A stretch of DNA of 63,811 bases, filler included, from Guillardia theta CCMP2712 (lineage: Eukaryota > Protista > Cryptophyta): assembly GCF_000315625.1 (NCBI RefSeq). It is 6 parts of 6 records of this genome, joined end to end, with 100 filler letters (N's around TTAATTAATTAA, not from the genome) between each part and the next. Parts side by side here need not be neighbours in the genome. Positions count along the whole stretch, not along the records: positions 37,533 to 45,346 come from NW_005434426.1; positions 45,447 to 62,105 come from NW_005434666.1; 4 more parts are not named here. One strand, 5' to 3'. This document shows, piece by piece, positions 37,533 to 49,364 of this stretch. Both the position numbers and the translations under genes were made by a program. The notes beneath the pieces were generated by a model, which was not told the origin of the DNA, did not search any database, and worked only from the letters and a program-made list of their open reading frames with translations. Every line of letters starts with the position of its first letter. The first letter of the stretch is position 1.

Positions 37533-38542
37533 ACGCAGTCAGCAGCCATCGGGTCACGTCGCTTTCTGCAGCCATGGCGAGCTCAGGGTAGAGGACGGGA
37601 AGATCCGATCGCCCATGACTGACGAGCATGTCGCCTCCAGGAAGGAGTTTCTCTGCAGCGGCTCCTTCTCCGGAGCACTCGGGCACGTTCCTGTTGCCTC
37701 GCCCTCCTCCTCCTGACCGCCTTCTCGCAGCATGTGGAGCGTTGGAGAGGACGGAGAGATCGCGCTGGAGTCTTGTGCTGCCTCGGAGAGAATAACAGCA
37801 TGAGCGCTACTAAAGTAAAAGTCATCGCACAACTTGCGGAAGCTTCAGCTGGCGGCAGGGAAACTTGCGGGCCGGGGCCGGGAGCCCTCGAGCTCGGTCA
37901 GGCTCGGCTGAGCCTCGGGGCCTCGGCTGGCGGCCGACTCGGCCTAAGAGTCAGTCCCGGATCGGAGTCCGACGGCGACTGATCGACCGGACCGGGGGCT
38001 CCGACTCTTTTCCCGAGTCACTGGGCCCGGCCCACTCGCCAGTCCGCGCTCCGTGGTACCGTGCTGCGGCTGCCGGGGCCAACTCAGACAGGCCCTCCAC
38101 GAGCACTGAGACGGCCTCAAGGCCCAACCGGGCACCGGGCCCGGCCGGGCCCCGGCCATCCGGCCACCGTGACCGGCGTCAGTCTGAGGATTCCCCGGGA
38201 TCCCCATGAGCGGGGATATCCACATCCCCGCTCATGACCATTCTTCTCTTACAAGCAGCACTGCAAGCAGCCAGCCCGTACAAGCGCTCTGGCTCAAGAC
38301 CGAAACTTGCCTCCTCCTCCTCCTCCTCCTCCTCCTCCTCCTCCTCCTTCATCTTGTCATCTTCTTGATCTACTAGTTGGCTCAACACCTCTCGCTTCTC
38401 CCCGTCCCGTAACTCGCCTTCGTTCCTTTCTCTTCTTTCACACGTATCAGACTTCGATTCCCCGTCTCCTCCTCTTGTGAAAACAGATCAACTTTCATCG
38501 TTCAAGCTTCCCGTGCGTTACGATGGCAGGAGGACTGGAGGG

Positions 38543-38808
38543 GATGAAGGCGAAGGCTCTCATCGTCGGAGGGCTGGCGGGCACTGCTGCAGCTGCCTTT
38601 TACGTCACGGTGATCTTGCCAAGTCAGTACAAGAACACACCCATGTGAGTTGAGCCTGACAGTGAAAGAGTCATGCATGCTTGCTCTTGTACTGATGTCT
38701 ACCAGGCCCTCGGATGTGTACAAGGAGGGCAGACCGTCGTCCTCCAAGAGCATGTGGAAGAACATGGCGCCGAGAGCAAAGAAGCTTGATACCGACGAGG
38801 ACGACTGA
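38543..38808 (+). CDS. Two-exon single-TM microprotein, SMIM20/MITRAC7-like
   Basis: Intron 38645-38705 (GTGAGT...CAG). The product is MKAKALIVGGLAGTAAAAFYVTVILPSQYKNTPMPSDVYKEGRPSSSKSMWKNMAPRAKKLDTDEDD; ALIxGG....AAFY...P resembles SMIM20. Confidence 0.6.
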
Positions 38809-38893
38809 GCGAGCACGTCATGGTTGGCTTTACATTCATTAAAGAATCTTTGAGGAGCAGCACGCGCCATGTCGGCGCATGGCGTCGTGGGCC

Positions 38894-40889
38894 TCATATT
38901 CTACATCTGTTCTTCCCGTCGTGACGAGTGATGTACACGAGCGTGAAGGACATGGCGGCGAGGAGGGGGAGGTGCACATAGCGTCCGTAGAACTCCCGCA
39001 GATTGTTGACCCACTCGCTGCGCTGCTTGCCCGTTCTCAACCACTTGTGGAGCTGGTACCTGCCGCAGGCCTCAGCAGAACTCTCAACGAGCACAAGGGC
39101 CGACCTGGTCTGCTCCACCCCGTCTTTGATGTCTGCCGTACAGCAGGACTCGAAGATAATCTCATCGACATTCTGGAAGAGAAATATCAGAAGGAGCAGG
39201 AGCAGGGGCAGGGGCAGGGGCAGGGGCAGGGGCAGGAGCAGGAGCAGCAGGAGCAGGAGCATTAGGGAAAGGAGGAGGCATCAGGTTCAGACGCAGCAGC
39301 TGGGCTGCTCTCGGCCTCACCTGCACGAACATGATGGCGACTGTGGATCTGATGACAAGGTCGACGGAGACCGAGGTCAAGATCCAGCAGACCCCCGCCA
39401 CGAGGATCCCCGACCAGGTAAACACCTCGGTCAGGACGGCGAAGATAAACACTAAGACCCGGATGAACCAGTGGGTCCGAACAGTGTCCACAGCCTCGTC
39501 GACCCAACACACTGGGCTGAGGAGGGAGATATTGGCTGCCTTCATCATGCTGGGCACGTTGTTGAGCATCAGAGTCATGAAGACCATGATGGCGGAGAAC
39601 TGAAGGTCCATGGGGATGTGGCAGATGTTGGCCTCGTCCAGCGGCGGGAGCGAGCTCCACAGCTCGTACGCGAAGGCGATCTGGATGAGAACGGACGCGA
39701 TGACCATGAGGCCGCAGTTGAGGAAGGCGTGTCCGATGGAGTCGCGCAAGGCCATGTGGATGAAGGCTCCTGCTCAACGCGTCAACGCCGCCTCCTCCCC
39801 TCGTCAAGAGGACTCGGACCGTAGGCGTTTTCAGCGCAGTTGACCCAGTTCTCCTCCAGGTCGTCGGGGGTGTTGTCGTCGGCTGCCTCAAGTCGTCAGC
39901 AGCAGTCGCAGTTGCTGGTCTTTCGCTCACGTTTCGTCGGTTTCTGACCGTTGGGACCGTCGGAGTTCATGATGGGGAACAGCTGCAGGCACGTCAGCCC
40001 CTCCCTCGCCTCCGGTTGACGCGCTCACAGAGTCTCCTGGGGACAGCAGCGCTCCTGGGTATCCTGCATGCGAACCAAAGTCAGGGGAGGCGCGCAATGT
40101 TGACTCGCTGCTTACGGTCATGCTGTGACATGTTCGAGTCGGCAACATGTGCTGAGAGGTCGGAGCTTGACGCATGGAACTCTGACATGATGGGAGGGAT
40201 CTCTTTGCGGACGATCTCGTGCAAGGTTTCCATGTCCACGCTGCTGGTTCTCCAACCTGCTCACAAGCTCCGTCAGCGTCTCTCTGCTTGGCAGGAGAAG
40301 TTACCGTTGTAGAAGGCGTGCGGCAGCGGCTTCATCCCCTGAGAGCAGTGAGCAGGGGCATTGTGCAAGGCAGGGGAGGACTACAGCGTACCTTCATCAC
40401 CCGACTTGACCGTCGCTGGTCGGACTGAGGAGAAGGGTTGGTGTTGGGCTCCCGCTGAGTGAAGCTCTCCTCTGAGTTCACCGACCCGGGCAGGTCGTCA
40501 CCGCAGCTGTTGGAGGAGATGAACTTGTCGAGGTCGGGGAACTGAAACATGATCCTGCTCTTGATGTCATTCAGCTCGCGCAGAATCCCAACGATGTCCT
40601 CCATGTCCAGAGGACGTCTCTCCTGCCCTGTGCGGCTCGACCTCCCCCGCTTCCTCCCCTTGGCCGCCTCCTGCAACTTGAGGTCGTTATCCAGCGAGTC
40701 TTCAGTCATGCTCAACATCTCGGGTTGCACGGATCTTGTTCGTTTCAGCATTTCGGGCGCAGGAGCATGATGGGAGGATGTGCTGGCCTTCTTGCCCACG
40801 ATCGCTTCTTCCATCCTGTCATTGACAAGCAAATCAGCTCCAACCCCTGAGAAGGATCGACACGTCCCCTTCGAACCAATCTCTGTCAT
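38894..40889 (-). CDS. Multi-exon multi-pass membrane protein with long soluble N-terminus
   Basis: ORFs 40332-40889, 39162-39755 (several TMs; LVIRSTVAIMFVQ spliced to NVDEIIF) and 38894-39172 join via GT/AG introns. Family not identified. Confidence 0.65.
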
Positions 40890-43091
40890 TACTCATCTCC
40901 TCCTTGGTCTCCCCTCAATCACCCTTCTCTATCCCCACACTCCTCCACTGGTGATTTTCTCTGTGGTTGGACCTTACTCTGATTTCTGGTTTCACTTCCT
41001 TCTCTCTCCTGTGTTTCGGAATCCTCGTATCAAAAGGCCGAATCCACAGTTCAGCATGACCGCAGCAATCACGATGCTTCTATCACATCAGCCTGCAACC
41101 TTGCCTGCCTACTCCTCTCTTGCACTCACTTTGAGAGGAGCTGCTGTCCTCGTCAGCTCCTCTCCTCCTCTCCACCTCCCTCCCCCTGTCATCGCTCGCT
41201 CCGCTGCATTCCCGTTCATGTACCTCCACCTCCTAATCTCCCGGCCAGCCCCTGGTCTCTCAGTCCCCTGGACTACCCTACCCCATCTCCCGGCCTATCC
41301 CACCCTAGAATCATGACAGCTACGATTACAGTACCCCCATCGACACCACTGGATCCTCTTCTACCACCCGGTCATTCAGCCAACGGCCCTATCATATCCA
41401 TGTCTACAAAGCAGTCACTCTCTGACGCACCCCACCCCACCCTACCCCACCCTCCCCTACCCTACTCTACCCCTTCACTTGTATCCGGAAGTAGGGGGCG
41501 TCCTATCCCTGACCAGCGGCTTGCATTCCTTCTACCAGACCACCGGTGCCTTCTCTGTTACCGACGAGGGTAGGGGTGCTGAATGACTGTACCGTGATTA
41601 GCCTCACGGGTGGGGTCCCAAAGAGACGGGTAGGGTTTGTTGGCGGTTGAGCGGAGAAGGTGACTATGGGGGGTGGGTCCTCTAAGTTGAGGGTCCCCCT
41701 TCACCTGGTACTACCGGCGGCCCATGGATGATAAAATGAACCTGGTATCCAAACTTTTGAAGGTCAGGGGGTGGGGGGAGGGGGGGTAGTCTATCAACTT
41801 AGGGTGGGGTTAGTTCCGGTCAAGGTGGTACCTACCCGACCCTTTAAGGGACTTGGCATGTATCCCAGGGGGGTACTGGGATACGTTTCATGCCCCACCG
41901 CCAGGCTTCGGACCTACGCGTTGAAAGCCTTTTTAAGACCAAGGGTAGGGGTATTTTCGCCTATTTCGTTGCCCCGTTGACCATCCATGACTCCTGAGGC
42001 TCCATAGGCTAGTAGAGAAATTCTGGGTCAACAGATATACCACCCCCTTGAGTCATGTGGGTGCAGCAGGGGACCCCCCGGAAAATCATTTATATTCACT
42101 AAAAAATTGAAAAATCTTTTGGTGCCCTAAAATGATTTTAGTCGCCATCACTCTGATGAGAGAAACTTCACCCTCTTGCCGGACCCCCACCCATTCATTC
42201 CAGGCCCCGGGTACCCCTCTATCGTCTACTTTCAGCCAGTTCTAAGGTGGGGTCCACTGGCGACCCGGTTTCAACTTGACTTTACTACAAGTCACATGTA
42301 AAAAGGCTTTTACGTTTAAAACGAGTAGTAAAGGAGCAACACCCCACCCCCTGTGGCCGGCCTCGAGCTGGTTGGTGATCTGGTTGCGAGGGCCAACTCT
42401 GTCCTCCGGGTGGGGTGGGGTACTGACCTGATCATTCCAATACCCGTGATGTATTGGTAAATCATAGGGGTAGTCTCTGAGCAAGCTATAGCCTGAGGGG
42501 GTCCGTGAGCCAGGGGGGATCGGATCTAATCCGAGGCTCGTGACTTCAGCGTCAGCAGGCTCAGCCCACCACTATGCAAGAATCCTGATGACGACTTTAT
42601 AGAAAACGTCCAGGTGGAGGGGGTCACGTACGCTCCGAGCCTCGCAACTTCACCGTCACTGAGCCTGGACTCTTGTAAAGGCCTTCTACCGGCGTGACGT
42701 GACGTCGCTAATCGGCTAAACCGACCTCTTCAGGGCCCGGCCCGGCCCGGCCCTGGGCCGCCGGGCAGCCCCCTTGACTCCCGATCAGCGCGCCGGGCCC
42801 CGCCGCCGCGCGGCGGCTACCAGTAGGCGGCGGCCCGTGACGGTGGCCGCCCCCGGGCGCTGAGCGCGCTGACTCCCGGAGTCCGGGCGGCCTTGAAGGC
42901 CGAAGTCCGGCCCCCCCGGGCCCCGGGACCGTGACGGGTCCGAGTCACTGCTAGTGACTGAGTTCGAGGCGGCCGCTTACACTGAGACACTGCAGACTCA
43001 GAATCTGGGAACTTGGTTCTTCCGGGCGAAGCCTTCAACGGACGGTCAAGTTTGACCCGCGCACTCACTGCCGGCTCTCTCAACGGTCATC

Positions 43092-45120
43092 ATGGCAGCA
43101 ACGGCGGGGGTGAGGGACTCGAGGAAGACTGAGGTTCGAAGGAAGGAGGAGGGAGAGGGAGGGAAGGGGAAGGGGGAGGGGGAGAGGGAGAGGGAGGCAA
43201 CCCAGACTGTAGATGTCGATGGGAGAGTCAGGGAGCTGCTGGAGAGTCGGAGCGAGCATGGCGACATAGACGAGCTGCTGCGAGACGCATCGAGCATGGT
43301 GACGTCTCTCGGGGACGTTGACCCTCATGCTGTTGAGGAGCTCATCAGGGACCTCGTCAACGCTCAGAACCCGCTCGGAGCATGCATCAGGAAGAGGGTA
43401 GAAGAAGCCTCAGGCAAGATGGAGGGAGGGCGGCATGGTGAGGGCAGGGAGGAGGAGGCAGTCCGATGGGAGCAGGTGGAGCGGTGGTGGAGCATGCATG
43501 GAGAAGGCAGGCTGCGTGCTCTGATACGGGAAGAGCTTCAGTGTTACACAGAGACGCACAAGAAGCTCGAGAAGCGGCTCAAGGAAGCGAGCTCTCTGCT
43601 GAGGAGGGTAGCGAGCGTCAGCAACAAAGTTTTGCTGGCAAGCAGCCAGCGCAGGGCGAGCAACGAGCCCAAGGAAGGAAGCTTGCTGAACGTGAGCGAG
43701 CATGGCACAGACAGGAAGCTGTCAAGGCAAGAGGCGGGCCAAGGCCATATCAACAGCACAAGGCCTGCTGGTACTCCGTGGGTACAGGTTTATGGGAGGA
43801 GGAGCTTGAGGACAGAGACGGAGAGCGAGAGGAGGAGCGTCAAGGCAAGTTCCTTCTGTTGCTGCTCTTGACTAGCATGAGGGGTGGGTGACGGTCCTTC
43901 TGCTCCCCCAGGCTCCAACGAGCTTCCGCCTGCCTTTCGAGATCAGCCTGGAGGATATCGGGGAGGACAGCGACTGGAAGTTGGAGGAGGGAAGGGATTT
44001 CACTCCTGCGAGGGATCGGATTCAAGGAAGGAAGAGCAAGAGACGAGTCAAGTCAGCAGATCCTTCCGCTGCTCGCAGACGAGGTTACCTCCTGCCTCCT
44101 CCCGCTCCCCTGCTCTCCCCATCCCTGTGTTTGCTCCTCCATGTTTCTTCCTCTTCTTCCTGCCGTTACCTACTCCTCTCCTCTCCTCTCCTCTCCTCTC
44201 CTCTTCTCTCCTCTCCTCTCCTCTCCTCTCCTCTCCTCACGTCTGAGGAGCATTCTCCAGCCTTCGTCCTCCCTCCCCTCTTGTTCTCACTTGCTGTTCT
44301 TGCTAGACGCTGCTAGGGCAGCGGAGGCACGATGGGGCTCGGGGCGGGAGACAGGAGGGCCTCTGAGTCAGAGCCTGACGTCCCTCGACTCGTTCCGGTC
44401 AGCGTTTGAGAAGGAGCTGCAGAGGAGGATGGAGGAGGTGAGACTGCTGGTGGCGCTGGGAGAGGAGGGAGGGGGCTGATGGGATGAGCAGAGGGAGCTG
44501 CCCAAGGACGAGGTAGAGAGAAGGAGGGGGAAGACGTCGATCAGCATGAGGAAGAAATTGAATTTTGATGAGGCGATGGGACAGGGGAGACCCTCTGGTA
44601 GAGTCTGATGAAGAGATTCGAAGCTCTTGCTGTGTGAGGAAGAGGAGAAGAGGGGAAAGGAGGAGAGGACAGGGGTAGCAGGAGAGGACAAGGGGTAGTA
44701 GGAGGAGAGGGACGGTGACTGTGGGAGGGGGAAGGAGAAGGCTGAGGGGAGAATTGTGGGAGGAGGAGAGAGGTATTAGTTTTCCTCATCACAGACAGAG
44801 AGAAAATTCAGAAGATCAAGCAGAGTTAAGAGACGGACGACGCCAATGCTTGCATCTGCGAGGAGATCAAGGAAAAGACAAGAGAGTGTTGCGAGGAGAG
44901 GACAGGGAAGAGAAGAGGAGAAGAGATGAAGCGGAGAGGAGGAAGAGGCAGAAGCGGATGAGAAGAAGTGGCGAAGAGGTAGAGGAGGAGGAGAAGGAGA
45001 AGGAGAAGGAGGAGGACGAGGAGAACGACGAGGACGAGGACGCTGCGGAGAAGGTTGGGGACGAGCGTGAAGAACCTCCAAGAGCTGTTGGTTTAAGGTT
45101 GAGATTCGCTGCTTGACAGC
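43092..45120 (+). CDS. Multi-exon hypothetical protein
   Basis: 259-aa first ORF with coiled-coil-like segments downstream of a CCGG-rich island; further exon-like pieces (PTSFRLPFEISLEDIGEDSDW, SLDSFRSAFEKELQRRMEE). Confidence 0.45.
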
Positions 45121-45346
45121 TTCGCTGGTCAGCGGAAGTTTGCTTGCTGGACTCATGGCAGGCTGTGAAGGCGTGAGATGGGGAGAACAAGGAGGAAGAG
45201 GAAGAGGAAGAGGAAAGGGACGCGAACGGGGCAGGGGGAAGGGAACGGGATGGGGGAAGGGATGGGGAGGGAGGGGAGGGAGGGGAATGGAAAAGGGGAG
45301 GTAAGGTGAGGGGAGGGAGGGAGGGGAGGGAGGAGGGAGGTACCGA

Positions 45347-45446
45347 NNNNNNNNNNNNNNNNNNNNNNNNNNNNNNNNNNNNNNNNNNNNTTAATTAATT
45401 AANNNNNNNNNNNNNNNNNNNNNNNNNNNNNNNNNNNNNNNNNNNN
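45347..45446. other. Assembly spacer
   Basis: N run with TTAATTAATTAA. Confidence 0.97.
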
Positions 45447-46071
45447 CTTCGTCCTTGCAGATCATACTTGACCAGTTCCAACCTCCGCACTCCCTCCCCT
45501 CCCTCGGTCACGGCCCGAGGGAGGGAGGGAGGGAGGGAGGGAGAGGACGAGGCAACCTTGACTTTCCCCGCGATCGTGAAGCCTTTAGCGAGTTCCTTGC
45601 CGAGGAAGAGCTTGACTTTGTTGTCCTGTGAGTCTTCAGCTTGATTGAGACAGACGAGAAGTGGCCACGAGGAAGTGGAACAGCGGCAGAGACTAGGAGA
45701 AGAGAAGGGAGGAAGATAGACTAGGAGAAGAGAAGGGAGGTATGAAGTTTATAGTGGGAGTAGGGAAAGGAAAAGGAGATTGGAGGATGTGGCAGAAGAA
45801 AGGATGAGGGATGACGGCGGGCAAGTGGGAAGGCGGAGGGAGGGAGGAGGAGGAATGTGGGTGGAGACGGGAAAAGAGGAAAGAACAACACCTGTAAGCA
45901 GTATGGTAGAACTCCGGATCCGATGAAATCTCCCACATCTATCAAGTATTGAGCCTCCTCCAACAGGCAAGGGCGAGGCGAGTGATGGAAACCTTCGCTG
46001 TCTTCCTCTCTCTTCTCATGCTCCTCCTGCTCCTCCTCTTCCCCGCGTCCGCTAGAGTGGATGTCCTCCAT
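45447..46071 (-). CDS. 5' part of a multi-exon hypothetical gene
   Basis: Exon-like pieces WEISSDPEFYHTAY and DNKVKLFLGKELAKGFTIAGKVK bounded by AG/GT. Confidence 0.35.
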
Positions 46072-47397
46072 TCTTCTCTTTACCGCCGCCGACTAGTCCA
46101 TCCTGCTTCACCTCTTGTCAGCTCATCGGGTCTGAATCCAAGAAGCAGGCAACTGAGAAGGGAAATCAAGGCATGAGGTCTGCTCTAACTAACGTCAAAG
46201 TACTGATCTTCCCAAGTTACCATTGATTGACACTGCCATTGTTGCATTGCATGTCTACTCCTTGCTTCTCTCTTCTTCATTCTCATCTTGTCCTTCTTGT
46301 GCAGTCTTTGTCTTGTCTTGTCTTGTCTTGTCTTGTCTTGTCTTGTCTTGTCTTGTCTTGTCTTGTCTTGTCTTGTCTTGGCCTACTCTGTGCTACTCTA
46401 CCCTAACCTGTGTTTGTGCCGCAACACTCCATGGTCCGTCTGTAACTTTGTACCCCAGCTCGCCTCAAGGAATCAATTAGTGAACAAACCAAGGACAGCA
46501 ACTTAAACATAGACAGGTATTTACTCTTTGAACCGTTTGGCAGCAGCTCGGTCGTAGGATGTAGGGCTGGAGACAACTACTTTAGCTAATTTTATTTTTA
46601 TTTGTTTAGCTTACCTTGTTTTTCTTTAAGACTTCTCGTTCAGGGGAATCGTCTTTTCCCCCACTACCCCCCATCACTACCCCCACCCTTAGATTGAAGT
46701 CAAAAGTACCCCTACCCATACTACCCCACCCCACAGACATCTATTTCTGCAACTTGCCCGAATAGTTCCGATTTCCACCCCCTTGTACCAGCCTACCCCT
46801 ACCCCTCTCACTATCTACCCCCTTTCTGACACACGTTGCAGGTCAACCACACGGGTGATCAGCTGACTTTATAGCAGGTAGGGGTAGAGACGGTACCATG
46901 GAATAAAGACTGACAAAACCGTAAATTTGGGGGTGGTGTGGTATGGTAGGGGGTAGGGTAGTACCTTTTGATCATCACATTCCTTGAGGTTTGAAGCGTT
47001 TCGTTTGAAATGTGAGGAAGAGTGGGCGAAATGGGGGTGGGAGGTGAAGAAAAGGGGTAGCATTTATTTATGGGTGGGTGATGGTAGTCAAACAAAAGGG
47101 CATATCCTTTGAAAAATCTGATTTAGGTAGGTAGGGTACCAAGATATGGGGGTGTAGATGAGCACAAAGGGGTGTGCTTGGTAATGGGGTGGTAAAGTAG
47201 TACATCTGATTGAGGGTGTAGCATGGGATGCAGGAAATGAGAGGAGAGTAGGAGGACAGGAGGAGGAGAGGAGAAGAGAGACGAGGAAACTCTCAGACTG
47301 TGAGAGACGTGTCAACGTGCTTGTAGGCGACGATTGTTGAACTTGAGCAGTGAAGAACCTGGCTAGTACGAGCGCAAGAAGCGACGTCATTAGGATC

Positions 47398-48987
47398 ATG
47401 AAGTTTGGTAAGCGGATTCATTCAGTGGCACTCCAGCATCAAGAGTACTCGAGCTACTTTCTGGATTACAAGGCCTTGAAAAGGCTGCTGAAGCCAATCA
47501 CCCATCGCAATGATCGGAACGAGGCGCTGGACAACCTGGACAGTCACGATTCGTTCGACTTCCCAGTGTTCGCTCGCTCGCAGTCGGAGATCTCGGATGC
47601 TGAAGAGCGCTTCGTGCTGGCGCTGGAGAGCGAGATCGCCAAGGTCGAGTCATTCTTCAGGACGAAGGTGGCTGAGATGACTCCGACCTTCCGCAAGCTG
47701 TGCCGCCGGGTGACGAGGGTGGAAGAGAGGGACAGGAGTTTGCAGGAATGTACCAACCTGATGCAGCTGAAGCAGCAGCTGGCAGGGCTGCCCGAGGCCT
47801 GTCTGATTGAGGAGCTGCTCAAGTTCTCGTCCGACGTTGACCTTCTCAGGGCCTTCGTCATGACTAACGCCCAGGCCATCGTTAAGATATGCAAGAAGCA
47901 CGACAAGAACTCCACGGTCGCCATCCGAGACCATTACATCGGCGTTCTGCACCGCTGCACCTTCTATTCTTCTAGGGAGTTCGGCGTCTTGATCGCTGAC
48001 ATCGAAGTCCTGGCGCTGCAGCTCATCGAGCGACTGACCGGCAACAAGCCTTCCCCCGACGTGTTCCAATGCCCTGTCTGCATGCACGTCTTGAACAACC
48101 CTCTCGTGCTCTCCTGTGGCCATCGGTTCTGCAACTCATGCGTATCAGCAGCGGCTTACTTCGGGCAGCACTCATGCCCTGTCTGCCGCAAGGAGTGCGT
48201 GCTCAACGATGACAACATCAAGATCGAGACGCTCCTGGGGCGTTTCTTACAGAACCACTTCGAGTTGTCGCCACGCAAGTCCGGCTCCTTCGACTTGGAG
48301 CAGCTCGGCGAGTCGCAGGCGTCTGCTACCCGATCGGGCACCTGCGTCCTGCAGTCACCCTGTGAGTTCTGCCGGAAGAAACGAGACGAGCGCCTTCCGT
48401 CGCGCCTGTCGCAGATCGCGGAGGAGAATGAGGCGCGGGGGATGTCAAGTACGAGCGGTCAGGACCATGCGTCTTCACACCCACGACCCTTGTCGGGGAG
48501 CAGGTTCAGAGCATGCTCCGAGATATTCTCCTCTCAGACGATCCTCTCGGACTCTCGGGCCACCAGGTACATCACTGCCCTTCTCCTCTACGTCGTCTCG
48601 TTGGCTGCTGACCTAGCGACGGGGATGGTGGCGCTGCTGGGCGAGCATCTCGACCCTCGCCTGCAAGACGTGCTGGCTCAGCTCTGCTCTGTGGGCCAGC
48701 GCAACGAGACGGCGAGGCGCCTGAGAAGTCTCGTGAAGTACCTCTGCATCGCCTCGCTCGTGCTGGTGCTGGTGCTGGGCGCGGCAGCCTGGTACGGTGA
48801 CGTGGGTTCTTGGTGGACAGTGGAGCAGACAAACGAGACCTGCGCGTCGAGCGAGGCCTCCAGGGGGAAGGAGCGGCAGGGAGAGAGCTCAGTGAACCTC
48901 CGCCATGTGCTGGAGCTGCAGGAGAAGAGGACCAAGTCCCTTCATCGAGCGCTAGACAAGATGTTGATGCATTCGACTAAGAAATAA
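47398..48987 (+). CDS. SPX domain + C3HC4 RING E3 ligase (NLA/BAH1-like) with C-terminal hydrophobic segments, intronless
   Basis: MKFGKRI..FLDYKALKRLLK and NAQAIVKICKKHDK (SPX); CPVC..LSCGHRFCNSC..CPVCR (RING); YLCIASLVLVLVLGAAAWY (TM). Confidence 0.9.
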   Translation: MKFGKRIHSVALQHQEYSSYFLDYKALKRLLKPITHRNDRNEALDNLDSHDSFDFPVFARSQSEISDAEERFVLALESEIAKVESFFRTKVAEMTPTFRKLCRRVTRVEERDRSLQECTNLMQLKQQLAGLPEACLIEELLKFSSDVDLLRAFVMTNAQAIVKICKKHDKNSTVAIRDHYIGVLHRCTFYSSREFGVLIADIEVLALQLIERLTGNKPSPDVFQCPVCMHVLNNPLVLSCGHRFCNSCVSAAAYFGQHSCPVCRKECVLNDDNIKIETLLGRFLQNHFELSPRKSGSFDLEQLGESQASATRSGTCVLQSPCEFCRKKRDERLPSRLSQIAEENEARGMSSTSGQDHASSHPRPLSGSRFRACSEIFSSQTILSDSRATRYITALLLYVVSLAADLATGMVALLGEHLDPRLQDVLAQLCSVGQRNETARRLRSLVKYLCIASLVLVLVLGAAAWYGDVGSWWTVEQTNETCASSEASRGKERQGESSVNLRHVLELQEKRTKSLHRALDKMLMHSTKK

Positions 48988-49050
48988 CAAACATGTGCGT
49001 TTGCCAGTCGTTGGTTGGAGTGTTTCTCCTCTTGCCTTTTACCTTTCACT

Positions 49051-49116
<66 letters not shown>

Positions 49117-49364
49117 CCCCCTCTGCCCCCACCTCCCAACTTCTTTCCAGCATCTCTGCATTTGTAGACTACTGCCTCCATGCAGCAAGATGGAGAGCCG
49201 GCGCTCGGGCGGCTGCGGCAGGTTAAGAGGCGTCGGGTTGACTTTACAAGGAGCAAGTGACAAGAATGGACAGACATAGCTCGAGGATGGAGAAGGTAGT
49301 GGAACACGAGAAGGTGGGAGAGATGGCGAGGAGGAGCATACGGATAGCTACGAGCTGCTCCCTC

